Source: an uncultured candidatus Porisulfidus sp. (GTDB lineage: Bacteria > Pseudomonadota > Gammaproteobacteria > Poriferisulfidales > Poriferisulfidaceae). From it: DNA of 64,000 bases. The translations under genes and the position numbers were made by a program. Shown here in pieces: positions 30,877-41,071 of the stretch. The notes under the pieces were generated by a model. The model had not been told where the DNA came from. It saw only the letters and a program-made list of their open reading frames with translations, and searched no databases. Positions within the stretch are counted from its first letter, which is position 1, and each line of letters begins with the position of its first letter. The DNA is taken from positions 1,824,001-1,888,000 of the forward strand of contig OZ220480.1 of NCBI GenBank assembly GCA_965116025.1, written 5' to 3'.

Positions 30877-31478
30877 TCTTCCAGGATGATCTCGACCCTG
30901 CGATTCTGGCTCCAGACATCCTCTCCCTGCCCCGTCATCGCGGGGAGCTCCTCGCCGTAGCTGACCCAGTCCACCTGCTCCTGCAAAACTCCCAATTCCA
31001 AGATCATATCCCGAACGCTCTGCGCCCGGCGCTCGCCCAAGGCTAGGTTGTAGGCCCTGGTGCCTCGCTCGTCCGTATGTCCTTCCAAGCGCGACCGGGC
31101 CGAGGAGTTGTTTCGCAACGTCGCCGCCACGCGTTGGATAATTTCCGCGAAACGCGGCTTCACGTCCGCGCTGTCATACTCGAAGTAGATCGTCATCTCC
31201 CGCGGCGCGACACCCGCGCCGTCCGCCACGCCCGCGCCATCCGCATCCGAGGATCCTTCCCGCGAGACGATTTCCAGATCGTCCTCAACGATGTTGCCGT
31301 CATCGTCCAGAGCCACACCCTGCACCACATCCGCCTCCGGCTCTTCCTCCGCCAGCAGGATTCTGGATTCCTCGACGGCGGTGGGAAGCTCCTCTTCTGG
31401 CGCGCTGCAGGAAGTGAGCGAAACACCCATCCCCAGTGAGGACAGGAGGAAAAAAGTATTGGAAAACAGTCGTTTCAT
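30873..31478 (-). CDS. pal: Peptidoglycan-associated lipoprotein Pal
   Basis: Lipobox LTSC, IYFEYDS, EGHTDERGT..YNLALGERRA, NRRVE. Confidence 0.95.
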   Translation of the reverse strand: MKRLFSNTFFLLSSLGMGVSLTSCSAPEEELPTAVEESRILLAEEEPEADVVQGVALDDDGNIVEDDLEIVSREGSSDADGAGVADGAGVAPREMTIYFEYDSADVKPRFAEIIQRVAATLRNNSSARSRLEGHTDERGTRAYNLALGERRAQSVRDMILELGVLQEQVDWVSYGEELPAMTGQGEDVWSQNRRVEIILEE

Positions 31479-31489
31479 ATCCGGACCTT

Positions 31490-32782
31490 TCAGCGATTTC
31501 GGTAGGGCGACCACGCGGGCTCGCGGACGTTGGCGTGGACAAGCTTCAGGCGTTGCCGGATTTTACCATTATGGCTGGCCAGCATCAGGACTCGCTCCCC
31601 GCGCCGGGTGGTGCTGGCGTAGATCAAGCTGAATCCGTTTGGCGCGAACGACGGCGCCTCGTCCAAAGTCCCGGAAGACAGCGGGAACAGCCCATTGGTC
31701 TCCGGCTCGAAAAGCGCCACCCCATATCCCCCTCTCTCGGTCGACCGGACGAACGCCAAGTAGTGTCCATCGGAGGACGTCGTGGCGTCCGTGGCGTAAT
31801 TTCCCGGGATCGGCAATGGCTCGGCATCTGAATCGCGCAAGCCTTGACGATAGAGTTTCGGTCTTCCTCCTCGGTCGGACGTGAAGATCAACCCGTTCCC
31901 ATCGGCCTCCCAGGTCGGCTCCGTATCGATCCCCGAACTGTGCGTGAAGCGAGACAGGTGACCCGTGTCCAGAGAATAGATGAATATCTCCATATTCCCG
32001 TTTCGCGTCATGGCCAAGGCCAATTTCCGTCCATCTGGAGAGAAGGCGGGCGCGCTGGAAGCGCGCCCGTCGCCTGGCAGGGCTCTGCGTCTCGCGTCGC
32101 GCAAGCTCTGCAGGAACACCTGGGGCCGGCGCGTCTCGAACGACACGTAAGCCAGATGCCTACCGTCCGGCGACCATGTCGGGGATAGCAACGGACGCGG
32201 CGAGGTTAGAATCGTGACCGGCGCGTGACCATCCGCGTCAGCCACGTGCAGACGGTAGCGCTTCCGCCCGTTCGCCTGAGTCTCGCTGACGTAGGCGATC
32301 CGAGTATCAAACGCTCCGGGGATGCCCGTGATCGTCTCATGCAGCGCGTCCGCGGCCTGGTGCGCCAAGCGACGCGACTGCCGCGCCTTCGCCGCCAAGC
32401 GGCGCGCCAGAATCTCTTTGCCCTCGCGCATATCGAACAGCCGGACATCCAACTGAATTCGGTCCAGCTCGATGGGACGCGCCAGAAGCGTCACCGCGTA
32501 TTCCGCCATGCCGTTTTTCCAAGCGTCCCATTTCAGGGTCTCGCCAACTATAGCGTCTCTCAGCGCGTCAGACGTCTCCAGCACTTTGAAAAACCCGCTT
32601 CTCGTCAGATCCGCGCCCACCACTTCCGTCAGTTCCGCGGTCATGGCCGACCGGGTCACCAGCGCGACCGAGATGCCTCGCTCCACGCCTTGGCTTATGT
32701 CGACGCGAAATTCCGCGTGAGCCGAGCCCATGGCGCACGACAGCAGCAACAACGCGCAGGCGCGAGGCGAGACCACTCCCAT
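31490..32782 (-). CDS. tolB: Tol-Pal beta-propeller protein TolB
   Basis: DTRIAYV, ADADG, SPTWSPDG, PAFSPDG, PSFAPNG, EPAWSP. Confidence 0.95.
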   Translation of the reverse strand: MGVVSPRACALLLLSCAMGSAHAEFRVDISQGVERGISVALVTRSAMTAELTEVVGADLTRSGFFKVLETSDALRDAIVGETLKWDAWKNGMAEYAVTLLARPIELDRIQLDVRLFDMREGKEILARRLAAKARQSRRLAHQAADALHETITGIPGAFDTRIAYVSETQANGRKRYRLHVADADGHAPVTILTSPRPLLSPTWSPDGRHLAYVSFETRRPQVFLQSLRDARRRALPGDGRASSAPAFSPDGRKLALAMTRNGNMEIFIYSLDTGHLSRFTHSSGIDTEPTWEADGNGLIFTSDRGGRPKLYRQGLRDSDAEPLPIPGNYATDATTSSDGHYLAFVRSTERGGYGVALFEPETNGLFPLSSGTLDEAPSFAPNGFSLIYASTTRRGERVLMLASHNGKIRQRLKLVHANVREPAWSPYRNR

Positions 32783-32783
32783 G

Positions 32784-33587
32784 TCAGCGCGCGCTCTCTG
32801 GACGGAACGTGATCACCAGCTGGCGGTCAAACAACTCCGGTGCGGGAGGGAGAGGAAGCGGGCTAGCCCTCCGCACCGCGGAACGCAGGGATTCTTGCCA
32901 GGCGCGCGAAGCTCGACACCTCCGCACCTGGACCGACAGCACCTCGCCCTTCTCGTTTTGCTCGACTTGCGCCTCGCACGGCTCAATGCGCCCCGCGGGA
33001 GGCTGAAGCCAGCGATCCTGGATCCTTTGCTTGATCGCGATGCGCCAGGCCTCCGCCTGCCGCGCCCGCCGCTCCGCCTCTCGCTGTCGTCGTCGCGCGC
33101 TCTCTTCCCGACGCGTCCGCGCGCGCGCTTCGACCTCTTTCAGCGCCCGCTCCTTTTCTTGAGCCTCGCGCTCGGCCTTAGCGCGCGCCGCCGCTCTCTT
33201 TTTCGCCTCGGCCTTCCGGCGCGCTTCCCGCTCGCGCTCGGCTTTCTTAGCCGCTTCTCTCTCGGCCTCCACCTTCTGCCGCGCCTCCCGTTCCGCCCTG
33301 CGCCTTTCCGCGCGCGCGCGCTCGGCCGCCTCGCGTTCCCGTCGCTCACGCGCCTCCTTCTCGCGCAACGCCTGCCGATAGGCTTCGCGCTTCTGTCGCA
33401 ACGAACGCTCGTCGGTCGCCTGCACTCGCACCGCCTCCGCTTCCGGGCGTGGTGGAACGTTGGATTGGGCCGACCGGAATCCGAACTGGAACAGCAAAGC
33501 CATGATCGCCACGTGAATGGCGGCCGCCCCAATCCAAGAACTCGGGCTGATTCCCCCGAGGGGTCCTTTCCGTCTTCGCCGACTCAC
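32784..33587 (-). CDS. tolA: Cell envelope integrity protein TolA
   Basis: TM helix with conserved His, Ala/Arg/Glu-rich helical stalk, TonB_C-like end (AVRRASPLPLP). Confidence 0.88.
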   Translation of the reverse strand: MSRRRRKGPLGGISPSSWIGAAAIHVAIMALLFQFGFRSAQSNVPPRPEAEAVRVQATDERSLRQKREAYRQALREKEARERREREAAERARAERRRAEREARQKVEAEREAAKKAEREREARRKAEAKKRAAARAKAEREAQEKERALKEVEARARTRREESARRRQREAERRARQAEAWRIAIKQRIQDRWLQPPAGRIEPCEAQVEQNEKGEVLSVQVRRCRASRAWQESLRSAVRRASPLPLPPAPELFDRQLVITFRPESAR

Positions 33588-34018
33588 GAGCCTTCCCGCG
33601 CGGGTTGCGTCAGCAAACTCAAGGCCGGGACTCCTGCTTGGTCCAGCCGGGCGATGGCCGCGACCACCGCGCCATAAGGCAGCCGAGAGTCGGCGCGGAC
33701 GTACAGCGCATCATCCGCTCCCTCCTTCATCATGCCCTTGACCAACCCCGGCAAGTCCGACTCCTCGACCGCATAGGCGAACACTCCTTCCCGCACTAGC
33801 CGGAACTCTCCCTCGCGGTTGATCTCCAGAACCAGCGGCTCTCGATAGGGCTCTGGCTCGACCGATTCGGAAGCCGCTTCCGGCAATTCGATCAGCAGGC
33901 CCTGTTGCATGAGTGGCGTGGCGATCATGAAGATCAACAGCAGCACCAGCATGACGTCCACGTACGGCACGATATTGATTTCCGCCATATGCCGGCGCGA
34001 GCTTCTCGGCACCATCAT
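33584..34018 (-). CDS. tolR: TolR
   Basis: EINIVPYVDVMLVLLLIFMIATP, RAD..LPYG. Confidence 0.95.
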   Translation of the reverse strand: MMVPRSSRRHMAEINIVPYVDVMLVLLLIFMIATPLMQQGLLIELPEAASESVEPEPYREPLVLEINREGEFRLVREGVFAYAVEESDLPGLVKGMMKEGADDALYVRADSRLPYGAVVAAIARLDQAGVPALSLLTQPAREGS

Positions 34019-34701
34019 GATGAGGGACTCGCGTCCAATGCCTCGCGCTGCAGGAGCGCGGTGAATTCCTCGATGAAGTTTCCGTATCGCGTCAGCAGCT
34101 TATCGACCCGGTCCGTGAACCGGTTATAGGCGATCACCGCCGGGATGGCGGCGAACAGGCCTAGAGCGGTCGCTACCAGGGCCTCGGAGATCCCCGGCGC
34201 GATCATGGTCAGCATGGAAGCGCCCTGGGTCGGATCCAGGGAGTGGAACGCGTTGATGATGCCCCAGACCGTCCCGAACAATCCGATATATGGGCTGGTC
34301 GAGCCGATCGTCGCCAACGTTGGCAGGTGCACCTCCAGACGCTCCGCCTCCCGAGCCAGCGCCACCCGCATGCCGCGCACCGCGGTATGGCTGACCGTGT
34401 CTGGTGACAATCGCTTGCTCCGAGCCAGTTGCGCGTATTCCCGAAAGCCGGCGCAGAACACGTCACCAAGCGGCGGACGCGAGCGCCGCTGGCGCATCTG
34501 GTCGTAGAACTTCATCAGCTCGATTCCCTGCCAAAACATGTCCTCGAACTCGACCGCGTCCCGATGCTGCTGGCGCAGGACGCGCGACTTGTTGAAGATG
34601 ATCACCCATGAGACGAACGAGGCCAGCAACAAGACCAGCATCACCGCCTGCACGACCAGGGACGCTTGGGTCAGCATCTCCCAAACGGAAAACTCAGGCA
34701 T
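34015..34701 (-). CDS. tolQ: TolQ
   Basis: LATIGSTSPYIGLFGTVWGI, APGISEALVATALGLFAAIPAV. Confidence 0.96.
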   Translation of the reverse strand: MPEFSVWEMLTQASLVVQAVMLVLLLASFVSWVIIFNKSRVLRQQHRDAVEFEDMFWQGIELMKFYDQMRQRRSRPPLGDVFCAGFREYAQLARSKRLSPDTVSHTAVRGMRVALAREAERLEVHLPTLATIGSTSPYIGLFGTVWGIINAFHSLDPTQGASMLTMIAPGISEALVATALGLFAAIPAVIAYNRFTDRVDKLLTRYGNFIEEFTALLQREALDASPSS

Positions 34702-35092
34702 CGGATTCGGGCCTCCCGCGGAGGTCAGGCGGCAACGACGCGGGCGCCCAGGTCTCCACGCTCAGGCATGCGACCTGGACGAACGCCTCGACCAGGCATT
34801 CGTCTTCCCGACTCAGCGTCTGCTCGAAATCAAGCGAGAGGCGGGTTCGCCCCAACAATCTGGTGCGCACCGTCAGCTCGTCGTCCAGCCGCCCCGGAAG
34901 CCGGTAACGCGCCGACAGGGTTCGCACGGCGAACACGCGCCGATGCTCTCGCGCCAGCGATTCCAAGGTATGCCCACGGCCGCGAAGCCACTCGGTTCGA
35001 CCGCGGTCCAAGTAGCGGATGGCAGCCGCGTGGTACAGCACGCCGCCCGCGTCGGTGTCCTCGTAATACACCCGCGCCACGAGCTCGTCCAC
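34694..35092 (-). CDS. ybgC: Tol-pal-associated acyl-CoA thioesterase
   Basis: RVYYEDTDAGGVLYHA. Confidence 0.94.
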   Translation of the reverse strand: MDELVARVYYEDTDAGGVLYHAAAIRYLDRGRTEWLRGRGHTLESLAREHRRVFAVRTLSARYRLPGRLDDELTVRTRLLGRTRLSLDFEQTLSREDECLVEAFVQVACLSVETWAPASLPPDLRGRPESDA

Positions 35093-35094
35093 GG

Positions 35095-36132
35095 CTAGCT
35101 CTCCGGCCGCGACAGCGGCAACTCGTCCGGTCCCGGCGCGGGCTTCAATCCTAGATGCTTCCGCGCGCGCGGCGTCGCGACCCTGCCCCGAGGAGTGCGC
35201 ATCAGGAACCCCAGCTGGATCAGATACGGCTCGACCACGTCCTCTAGCGTCCCGCGCTCCTCATTGACGGCCACGGATAGACTGTCGATCCCGACCGGCC
35301 CGCCATCGAACTTCTCGAAGATGACGCGCAGGTATTCGCGGTCCAGCCGATCAATGCCGCACCGATCGACTCGCATGAATTCCAGCGCCTCCGACGCCAC
35401 GGAGGCGGTCACCTGCCCATCCGCCCGAACTTCCGCGTAATCGCGCACGCGCCGCAACAGGCGGTTCGCTATGCGCGGCGTGCCGCGCGAGCGGCGCCCC
35501 ACCTCCAACGCGCCCGCCTCATCGATCGGAATCTCAAGAATGCTGGCGGAACGCCGCGCGATGCGGGCCAGATCCTCCTTGGGGTAGAAATCCAACCGCC
35601 CGGTGATGCCAAACCGAGACATCAGCGGCGGGGTCAGCAATCCCGCCCGAGTGGTCGCGCCGACCAGCGTGAACGGCGGCAGGTCCAGCTGAATCGAGCG
35701 CGCCGCCGCGCCCTCCCCGATCATCAGATCGATCCGGCAGTCCTCCAGCGCCGGATACAGGATCTCCTCCACGGCCGGCTGCAGGCGGTGAATCTCGTCG
35801 ATGAACAGGACGTCGCCCTCCTGCAGGCTGGTCAGGATCGCGGCCAAATCCCCGCCACGCTCCAGCACTGGTCCCGCCGACTGGCGCAACTGCCCGCCCA
35901 TCTCATGCGCGACGATGTGCGACACGGTCGTCTTGCCCAGCCCGGGAGGGCCGAACACCAAAACGTGATCCAGGGGACGTCCGCGCCGCCGCGCGGCCTC
36001 GATGAACACCCCAAACTGCTCGCGCAGCTCCGCCTGGCCAATGAAGTCCTTCAGCGTCCGAGGACGGATGCTGTTCTCCAGCGACGCCTCGCCCGGCGCG
36101 GCTCCGCGCCGCAGCAACGGCTCCCCACTCAT
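35095..36132 (-). CDS. ruvB: Holliday junction helicase RuvB
   Basis: [39 protein letters not shown]; start trimmed to MSGEP (ATGA overlap with ruvA). Confidence 0.98.
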   Translation of the reverse strand: MSGEPLLRRGAAPGEASLENSIRPRTLKDFIGQAELREQFGVFIEAARRRGRPLDHVLVFGPPGLGKTTVSHIVAHEMGGQLRQSAGPVLERGGDLAAILTSLQEGDVLFIDEIHRLQPAVEEILYPALEDCRIDLMIGEGAAARSIQLDLPPFTLVGATTRAGLLTPPLMSRFGITGRLDFYPKEDLARIARRSASILEIPIDEAGALEVGRRSRGTPRIANRLLRRVRDYAEVRADGQVTASVASEALEFMRVDRCGIDRLDREYLRVIFEKFDGGPVGIDSLSVAVNEERGTLEDVVEPYLIQLGFLMRTPRGRVATPRARKHLGLKPAPGPDELPLSRPES

Positions 36133-36704
36133 CGCGCGCACCCCCGCAAGGCTTGCCGGATGATCTCCTCGGTCCCCATCTCCCGCGTGTCGAAGGCATC
36201 GATCATGCGCTGGGCTTCCGCCGGCTTCCACCCCAAGCGCGCCAGCGCCTGCTGCGCCTCGCGTTGCGGCGTGACCGCCTCGGCAGCCTCGCCATCCTCC
36301 ACCTTCGGCATCATGCCCCGCAACTCCACCAGCAATCGCTGAGCCGTCTTCTTGCCGATGCCCGGGACCTGGACCAATCCCTCCAGGTTCCCCGACTCGA
36401 CATGCTGTCGAAGCGTCGCTCCCGGCAACGCCGACAGTATCGCCAGCGCGGTCTTGGCCCCGACCCCGTTGACTCGCGTCAACTGGCCGAACCACCCGCG
36501 TTCCGCATCGTCGGAAAACCCGTACAGGACATGCGCGTTCTCGCGTACCACCAGCAAGGTCGGGAGCGTCACTTCCGAATCGTCCTCCGGCAAATTGTCG
36601 AACGCGGACATCGTCGCCAGCACCAGATAGCCTACGCCGCCCGCCTCCACGATCAGCTCTGGAGGTTGGCGGTAGGTTACGGAACCGCGGAGATAGGCGA
36701 TCAC
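36129..36704 (-). CDS. ruvA: Holliday junction binding protein RuvA
   Basis: [38 protein letters not shown]. Confidence 0.97.
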   Translation of the reverse strand: MIAYLRGSVTYRQPPELIVEAGGVGYLVLATMSAFDNLPEDDSEVTLPTLLVVRENAHVLYGFSDDAERGWFGQLTRVNGVGAKTALAILSALPGATLRQHVESGNLEGLVQVPGIGKKTAQRLLVELRGMMPKVEDGEAAEAVTPQREAQQALARLGWKPAEAQRMIDAFDTREMGTEEIIRQALRGCAR

Positions 36705-37192
36705 GTCACGCGCTCCCGCGGCGTCAGCGCGCGGCTATGCGCGTGGCACAAGGCCAGACCCAAAGCGTCGGCCTCGTCCGCCTGCGGTGTGACGGAAAGT
36801 CCAAGCAAACGCCGCACCATGAACTGGACCTGCTCCTTGGTGGCGGCACCCTGGCCCGTGATCGCCTGCTTCATGCTGCGCGGAGAGTACTCGAACACCT
36901 CAAGCTCGCGCGCCACGCAAGCGCTGATCAGCGCCCCGCGCGCCTGGCCAAGTTTCAGGGCGGTCCCCATGTTGATGGATACGAAAGAGGATTCGATCAC
37001 GGCGCAGTCCGGCGCGTGAATCCCGAGCACCTCGTCCAAGCGCAGAAACAACTCTCCCAACCGCCGGGGGATCGGGCCCTGATCGGGACTGATGCGCCCG
37101 CTGCAGTGATAATGATGGCGATACCCGTCGGTGTCGATCACGCCATAGCCGGTGTGCCGCAAGCCTGGATCCAGCCCGATCACCCGAACCAT
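36701..37192 (-). CDS. ruvC: Crossover junction endodeoxyribonuclease RuvC
   Basis: [27 protein letters not shown]. Confidence 0.97.
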   Translation of the reverse strand: MVRVIGLDPGLRHTGYGVIDTDGYRHHYHCSGRISPDQGPIPRRLGELFLRLDEVLGIHAPDCAVIESSFVSINMGTALKLGQARGALISACVARELEVFEYSPRSMKQAITGQGAATKEQVQFMVRRLLGLSVTPQADEADALGLALCHAHSRALTPRERVT

Positions 37193-37195
37193 GGA

Positions 37196-37936
37196 TTAAG
37201 CCTCATACACGGAATCCGGGACGCTCGCGTTGGTATAGACGTTCTGCACGTCGTCCAGCTCCTCCAGCGCCTCCACGAGATTCATGAGCTTTCGGGCGTC
37301 CTCGCCCTCCAGTTCGACCAGAGTCTGGGCCCGCATCGTCACCTCGGCATGGTCCGGCGACTGCCCCGCCTCGGTCAGGCTCTGCCGAACCGCCATGAAA
37401 TCTTGAGGTTGCGTTAGCACCTCCACCGAATCGTCATCCAGAACCGCCAGATCCTCGGCCCCCGCGTCCGCGGCTCGCTCCATCAGGCGGTCCGCGTCCG
37501 CGCCCGGCGCGTAGCTCAACACCCCCACCGTCGAGAACAAATAGGTTACCGATCCGGTGTTGCCAAGACTACCTCCATGCTTGCCGAGCGCATGGCGGAC
37601 CTCGGAGACCGTGCGGTTCCGATTGTCGCTGAGACAGTCGATCAGCACCGCCACCCCGCCCGGGCCGTAGCCCTCATAACGGATCTCCTCGTACGCGGCG
37701 CCGTCCGCGTCCCCACAACCGCGCTTGATCGCGCGCTCGACCGTGTCCTTCGGCATGTTCGCCGACATCGCCTTGTCCACTGCCAAACGAAGGCGGGAAT
37801 TATCGGCGGGATCCGGTCCGCCGATCTTCGCCGCCACCATGACCTCGCGGATCAGCTTGGAAAACAGCTTGCCCCGCTTATCGTCCTGCCGCTTCTTGCG
37901 GTGCTGAATATTCGCCCATTTGCTATGCCCCGCCAT
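37196..37936 (-). CDS. yebC: YebC/PmpR family protein
   Basis: MAGHSKWANI, YEGYGPGG, DNRNRT, DDVQNVY. Confidence 0.97.
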   Translation of the reverse strand: MAGHSKWANIQHRKKRQDDKRGKLFSKLIREVMVAAKIGGPDPADNSRLRLAVDKAMSANMPKDTVERAIKRGCGDADGAAYEEIRYEGYGPGGVAVLIDCLSDNRNRTVSEVRHALGKHGGSLGNTGSVTYLFSTVGVLSYAPGADADRLMERAADAGAEDLAVLDDDSVEVLTQPQDFMAVRQSLTEAGQSPDHAEVTMRAQTLVELEGEDARKLMNLVEALEELDDVQNVYTNASVPDSVYEA

Positions 37937-37978
37937 GATGATGCGCTCACTGAATTTCGACGATCCCGAAATCCTATC

Positions 37979-38458
37979 TTAATGCCTAGTGGAAATCGGG
38001 CGCTCTCCGGGATGCGGGCGGACTGGAACCCAGTCGAGAATCGCCTGCCTGTTCGTCGGGGAGGACGCGCGCCGCGCCGCTTGCTGGCGCGGTAGCCATT
38101 CGTACTCCGCGTGCTCCATGACGTCCAGGATCACGGGGCAAGCGCCGGGTACCTCCAAACGGAAGACGTGCTCGCGGTTCTCCCGAACCCCCTTGGCGTA
38201 TCGATGGAGCCATATCTCGTAAATCTCGAACAGATGGCTGTCGTGGCAATCCTCCAGCGCGGCGGCGTCCAGCCCCGTCTCCTCGGCCAGCTCCCGCCGA
38301 GCCGCCTGCTCCGGCTCCTCACCCCATTCCAGGCTTCCGGTCACGGATTGCCAAAACGTCGGGGGCTCATGCCGCCGCAACATCAGCACCAGGGCATCAG
38401 CGCTGTAGACCACCACCAGCACCGATTCCGGGCGCTTGCGCGCGGGCTCTCCCACCAT
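37979..38458 (-). CDS. nudB: Dihydroneopterin triphosphate diphosphatase (Nudix)
   Basis: KRPESVLVVVY, FWQSVTGSLE, Nudix box AARRELAEETG, NREHVF; follows aspS with TGATG coupling. Confidence 0.93.
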   Translation of the reverse strand: MVGEPARKRPESVLVVVYSADALVLMLRRHEPPTFWQSVTGSLEWGEEPEQAARRELAEETGLDAAALEDCHDSHLFEIYEIWLHRYAKGVRENREHVFRLEVPGACPVILDVMEHAEYEWLPRQQAARRASSPTNRQAILDWVPVRPHPGERPISTRH

Positions 38459-40257
38459 CACGAGCGATTCCGAATCCATCTGAGTCCCAGCTCGCGCATC
38501 TGGTCCATCTCCACCTTCTCAGGCGCTCCGGTCAGCAGGCAGTTAGCGGTTTGGGTCTTGGGAAACGCGATCACGTCCCGGATCGCGCTGGCTCCGGTCA
38601 GCAGCATGACCAAGCGGTCGAAGCCGAACGCGATACCGCCATGCGGCGGGCATCCATAGCGCAGGGCATCCAGCAGAAATCCGAATTTGGCCCGCGCCTC
38701 CTCGGCGCCAATGCCAAGCAACGCGAACACCGCGCGCTGGATTTCCAGACGATGGATGCGAATCGAGCCACCCCCAACCTCCACGCCGTTGATCACCATA
38801 TCGTAAGCGCGCGCGCGCGCCGCGCCCGGGTCAGCCTCCAGCCGTTCCACGTCCTCCACCGCCGGCGCCGTGAACGGATGGTGCATGGCCAGCCAGCGAC
38901 CCGCGTCGGGATCTCGCTCGAAGAGCGGAAAATCCACCACCCAAAGAGAGCGCCATCCATCCTCAATCAGGCCCAAGTCCTCCGCCAAACGCTCGCGCAG
39001 GAAAGACAAAGACGCGTTGACGACGCTCGCTCGGTCCGCCCCGAACAGAATCAAGTCCCCGTCTCGCGCCCCGGTCCGTTCCAGGATGCCCGCCACCGCC
39101 TCGTCATGCAGGAACTTCAGAAAGCCCGCCTGCAGACCCTCGCGGCCCTGCTCGACCCGGTTACATTTTATGTACGCGAGACCCTTCGCTCCGTACGGCC
39201 GGATCGCCTCGGCGTACGCCTCGATCTGCCCGAGACTCATGCCGGAGGCTCCCGGAACGCGCATCGCGCTCACCCGCGCGCCCGCGCGACGGGCCGGCTC
39301 GCGAAAGACCTTGAACTCCACGTCCTCAAGCAGGTCGGCCACGTCCACGAGCTCCATTTCCGGAATTCTCAGATCCGGACGGTCCGTGCCAAACCTGCGC
39401 ATGGCCTCGGCATACGGCAGGCGCGGAAACGAATCCGGCGCGGCCTCTCCCACGACCTCGAAAAGCGCGCGCGCCAACCCCTCCATCATCTCCAGAATCC
39501 GCGCTTCCTCAAGAAACGACGTCTCGATATCGATCTGAGTGAACTCCGGCTGGCGGTCCTGCCGCGGGTCCTCGTCCCGAAAGCAACGGACGATCTGGTA
39601 GTAGCGGTCCACGCCACCCATCATCAGCATCTGCTTGAACAGCTGCGGAGACTGCGGAAGCGCGAAACACTTTCCGGGATGAGTCCGGCTTGGCGCCAGA
39701 TACTCGCGCGCTCCCTCCGGGGTGGCGCGGGTCAAAAACGGAGTCTCGACCTCGAGGAATCCGCGCGCGCTCAAATATTCGCGCGTGGCGGCCGCCAGCC
39801 GGGCGCGAACGCGCAGACGCTCCTGCATCGCCGGTCGGCGCAACTCGATGTACCGATAGCGCAAGCGATGATCCTCATGCACTTGCTCGTCATCCAGTTG
39901 GTACGGTGGGGGATCGGCCGGATTCAGGATCTCCAGCTTTGCGCAAGCCACCTCGAGCTCGCCCGTCGGCAGTTCCGGATTGGCCGTGCCCTCGGGGCGA
40001 GCGCGCGCTTCCCCCACGACGGCCAGCACGAACTCCGCGCGGACCTGCTCGGCCTTGGCGAACAGCTCGGCCTGATCAGGATTCACCACGACCTGGACCA
40101 GTCCACTGTGGTCACGCAAATCGATAAAAATGATACCGCCATGATCGCGGCGACGGTTCACCCAACCGAACAGCCGAACTTCCCGCCCAAGGTGGTCTTC
40201 CCGAACATCCCCGCAATAGCAACGGTCCTCGACTGTCGCGGTATCTCGTTCAGCCAT
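38458..40257 (-). CDS. aspS: Aspartate--tRNA ligase, probably non-discriminating (Asp/Asn)
   Basis: [48 protein letters not shown]. Confidence 0.97.
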   Translation of the reverse strand: MAERDTATVEDRCYCGDVREDHLGREVRLFGWVNRRRDHGGIIFIDLRDHSGLVQVVVNPDQAELFAKAEQVRAEFVLAVVGEARARPEGTANPELPTGELEVACAKLEILNPADPPPYQLDDEQVHEDHRLRYRYIELRRPAMQERLRVRARLAAATREYLSARGFLEVETPFLTRATPEGAREYLAPSRTHPGKCFALPQSPQLFKQMLMMGGVDRYYQIVRCFRDEDPRQDRQPEFTQIDIETSFLEEARILEMMEGLARALFEVVGEAAPDSFPRLPYAEAMRRFGTDRPDLRIPEMELVDVADLLEDVEFKVFREPARRAGARVSAMRVPGASGMSLGQIEAYAEAIRPYGAKGLAYIKCNRVEQGREGLQAGFLKFLHDEAVAGILERTGARDGDLILFGADRASVVNASLSFLRERLAEDLGLIEDGWRSLWVVDFPLFERDPDAGRWLAMHHPFTAPAVEDVERLEADPGAARARAYDMVINGVEVGGGSIRIHRLEIQRAVFALLGIGAEEARAKFGFLLDALRYGCPPHGGIAFGFDRLVMLLTGASAIRDVIAFPKTQTANCLLTGAPEKVEMDQMRELGLRWIRNRS

Positions 40258-40564
40258 CGGAAGCCCCGGCTGGCGAAGCGTCTCCTCCGGACGCTTTCGC
40301 TCCGCTCCCACTTTTCGAGGTTGGGCTCCCGCCAGCTTCCGGCTTCGCCTTGGCCTTGTCGGGGGATGGTTCCTTTTTTGGCTTCTTCTTGAAATCGGTC
40401 TCGTACCAGCCGTTGCCCTTGAGCCGGAATCCGGCCGCCGTCAACTGCTTGCGCAAGCGTTCCGCTCCGCATTTCGGGCATCGGGTCAGAGGGACTTCGC
40501 CGACTTTCTGCAACGCCTCCAATTCATGCCCGCAGGCTTCGCATCGATACTGGTAGATGGGCAT
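40250..40564 (-). CDS. FmdB-family zinc-ribbon protein
   Basis: [13 protein letters not shown]...CPKCG...[13 protein letters not shown]; usual position upstream of aspS. Confidence 0.93.
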   Translation of the reverse strand: MPIYQYRCEACGHELEALQKVGEVPLTRCPKCGAERLRKQLTAAGFRLKGNGWYETDFKKKPKKEPSPDKAKAKPEAGGSPTSKSGSGAKASGGDASPAGASDG

Positions 40565-40566
40565 GG

Positions 40567-41071
40567 TCAGATCACGTTTGGGGCGGCGGCGCGCTGATTA
40601 TAAAGGCCGACCGAATCGCCCACTCGAATCCAGCCGTCCGCCACCACGCGGGCCGTCACGCCTCCCATTCCCGTCATCGCGTCGCGCCCGCCAGCCCCCA
40701 GCGCCGCGTCCATAGCGCGGCATGGCGGGCAATCGCCCGTTCCCTCGAGCAACGCCGCGCCGACCCGAAACCGCCGTCCAACCAGAGTCTGAAGATCGAT
40801 CCCGGACACCACGAGGTTGCGGCGCAACAAGGCGGGTTTCGGCGCGCGCCGCGCTCGGACGCCAATAATGGGAAGATGTTCCGACTGCAATAGGGTCAAC
40901 CTGCCGCCGCCCTCCAGACCTCCGGATCGCGTGGTCTCCAGCCAGTCCGCGCCCCGAAACCGCCCGCGCCTCGCCAAGGGCCTCGACGGGCCGGTCCCGC
41001 CCGGGGCGAATGCCGATCCATTCGACGCGGCCCGCGCCGGAAAAGCGAGGGCTAGGAACGTCCGGCCTCAT
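40567..41071 (-). pseudogene. MOSC-domain protein with a 1-nt frameshift near 40898
   Basis: N-half (GRVEWIGIRP...GLAGDH...RQV) and C-half (TLLQSEHL...RRNLVVSG...CPPC...GGVTARV) are in different frames; removing one T from GTTG restores RQVTL. Confidence 0.8.

Noticed and set aside
35095-36495. N-terminal extensions in the ORF track (ruvB, DUF447, queE, hinT, AI-2E, TonB receptor, ATP-grasp, HisA-like)
   Set aside because: They overlap neighbouring genes; coupled or family-consistent internal starts fit better.
38551-40392. 613-aa + strand ORF (likewise 54147-56129 and 47009-48160)
   Set aside because: Antisense shadows of aspS, the TonB receptor and leuS; no recognisable domains.
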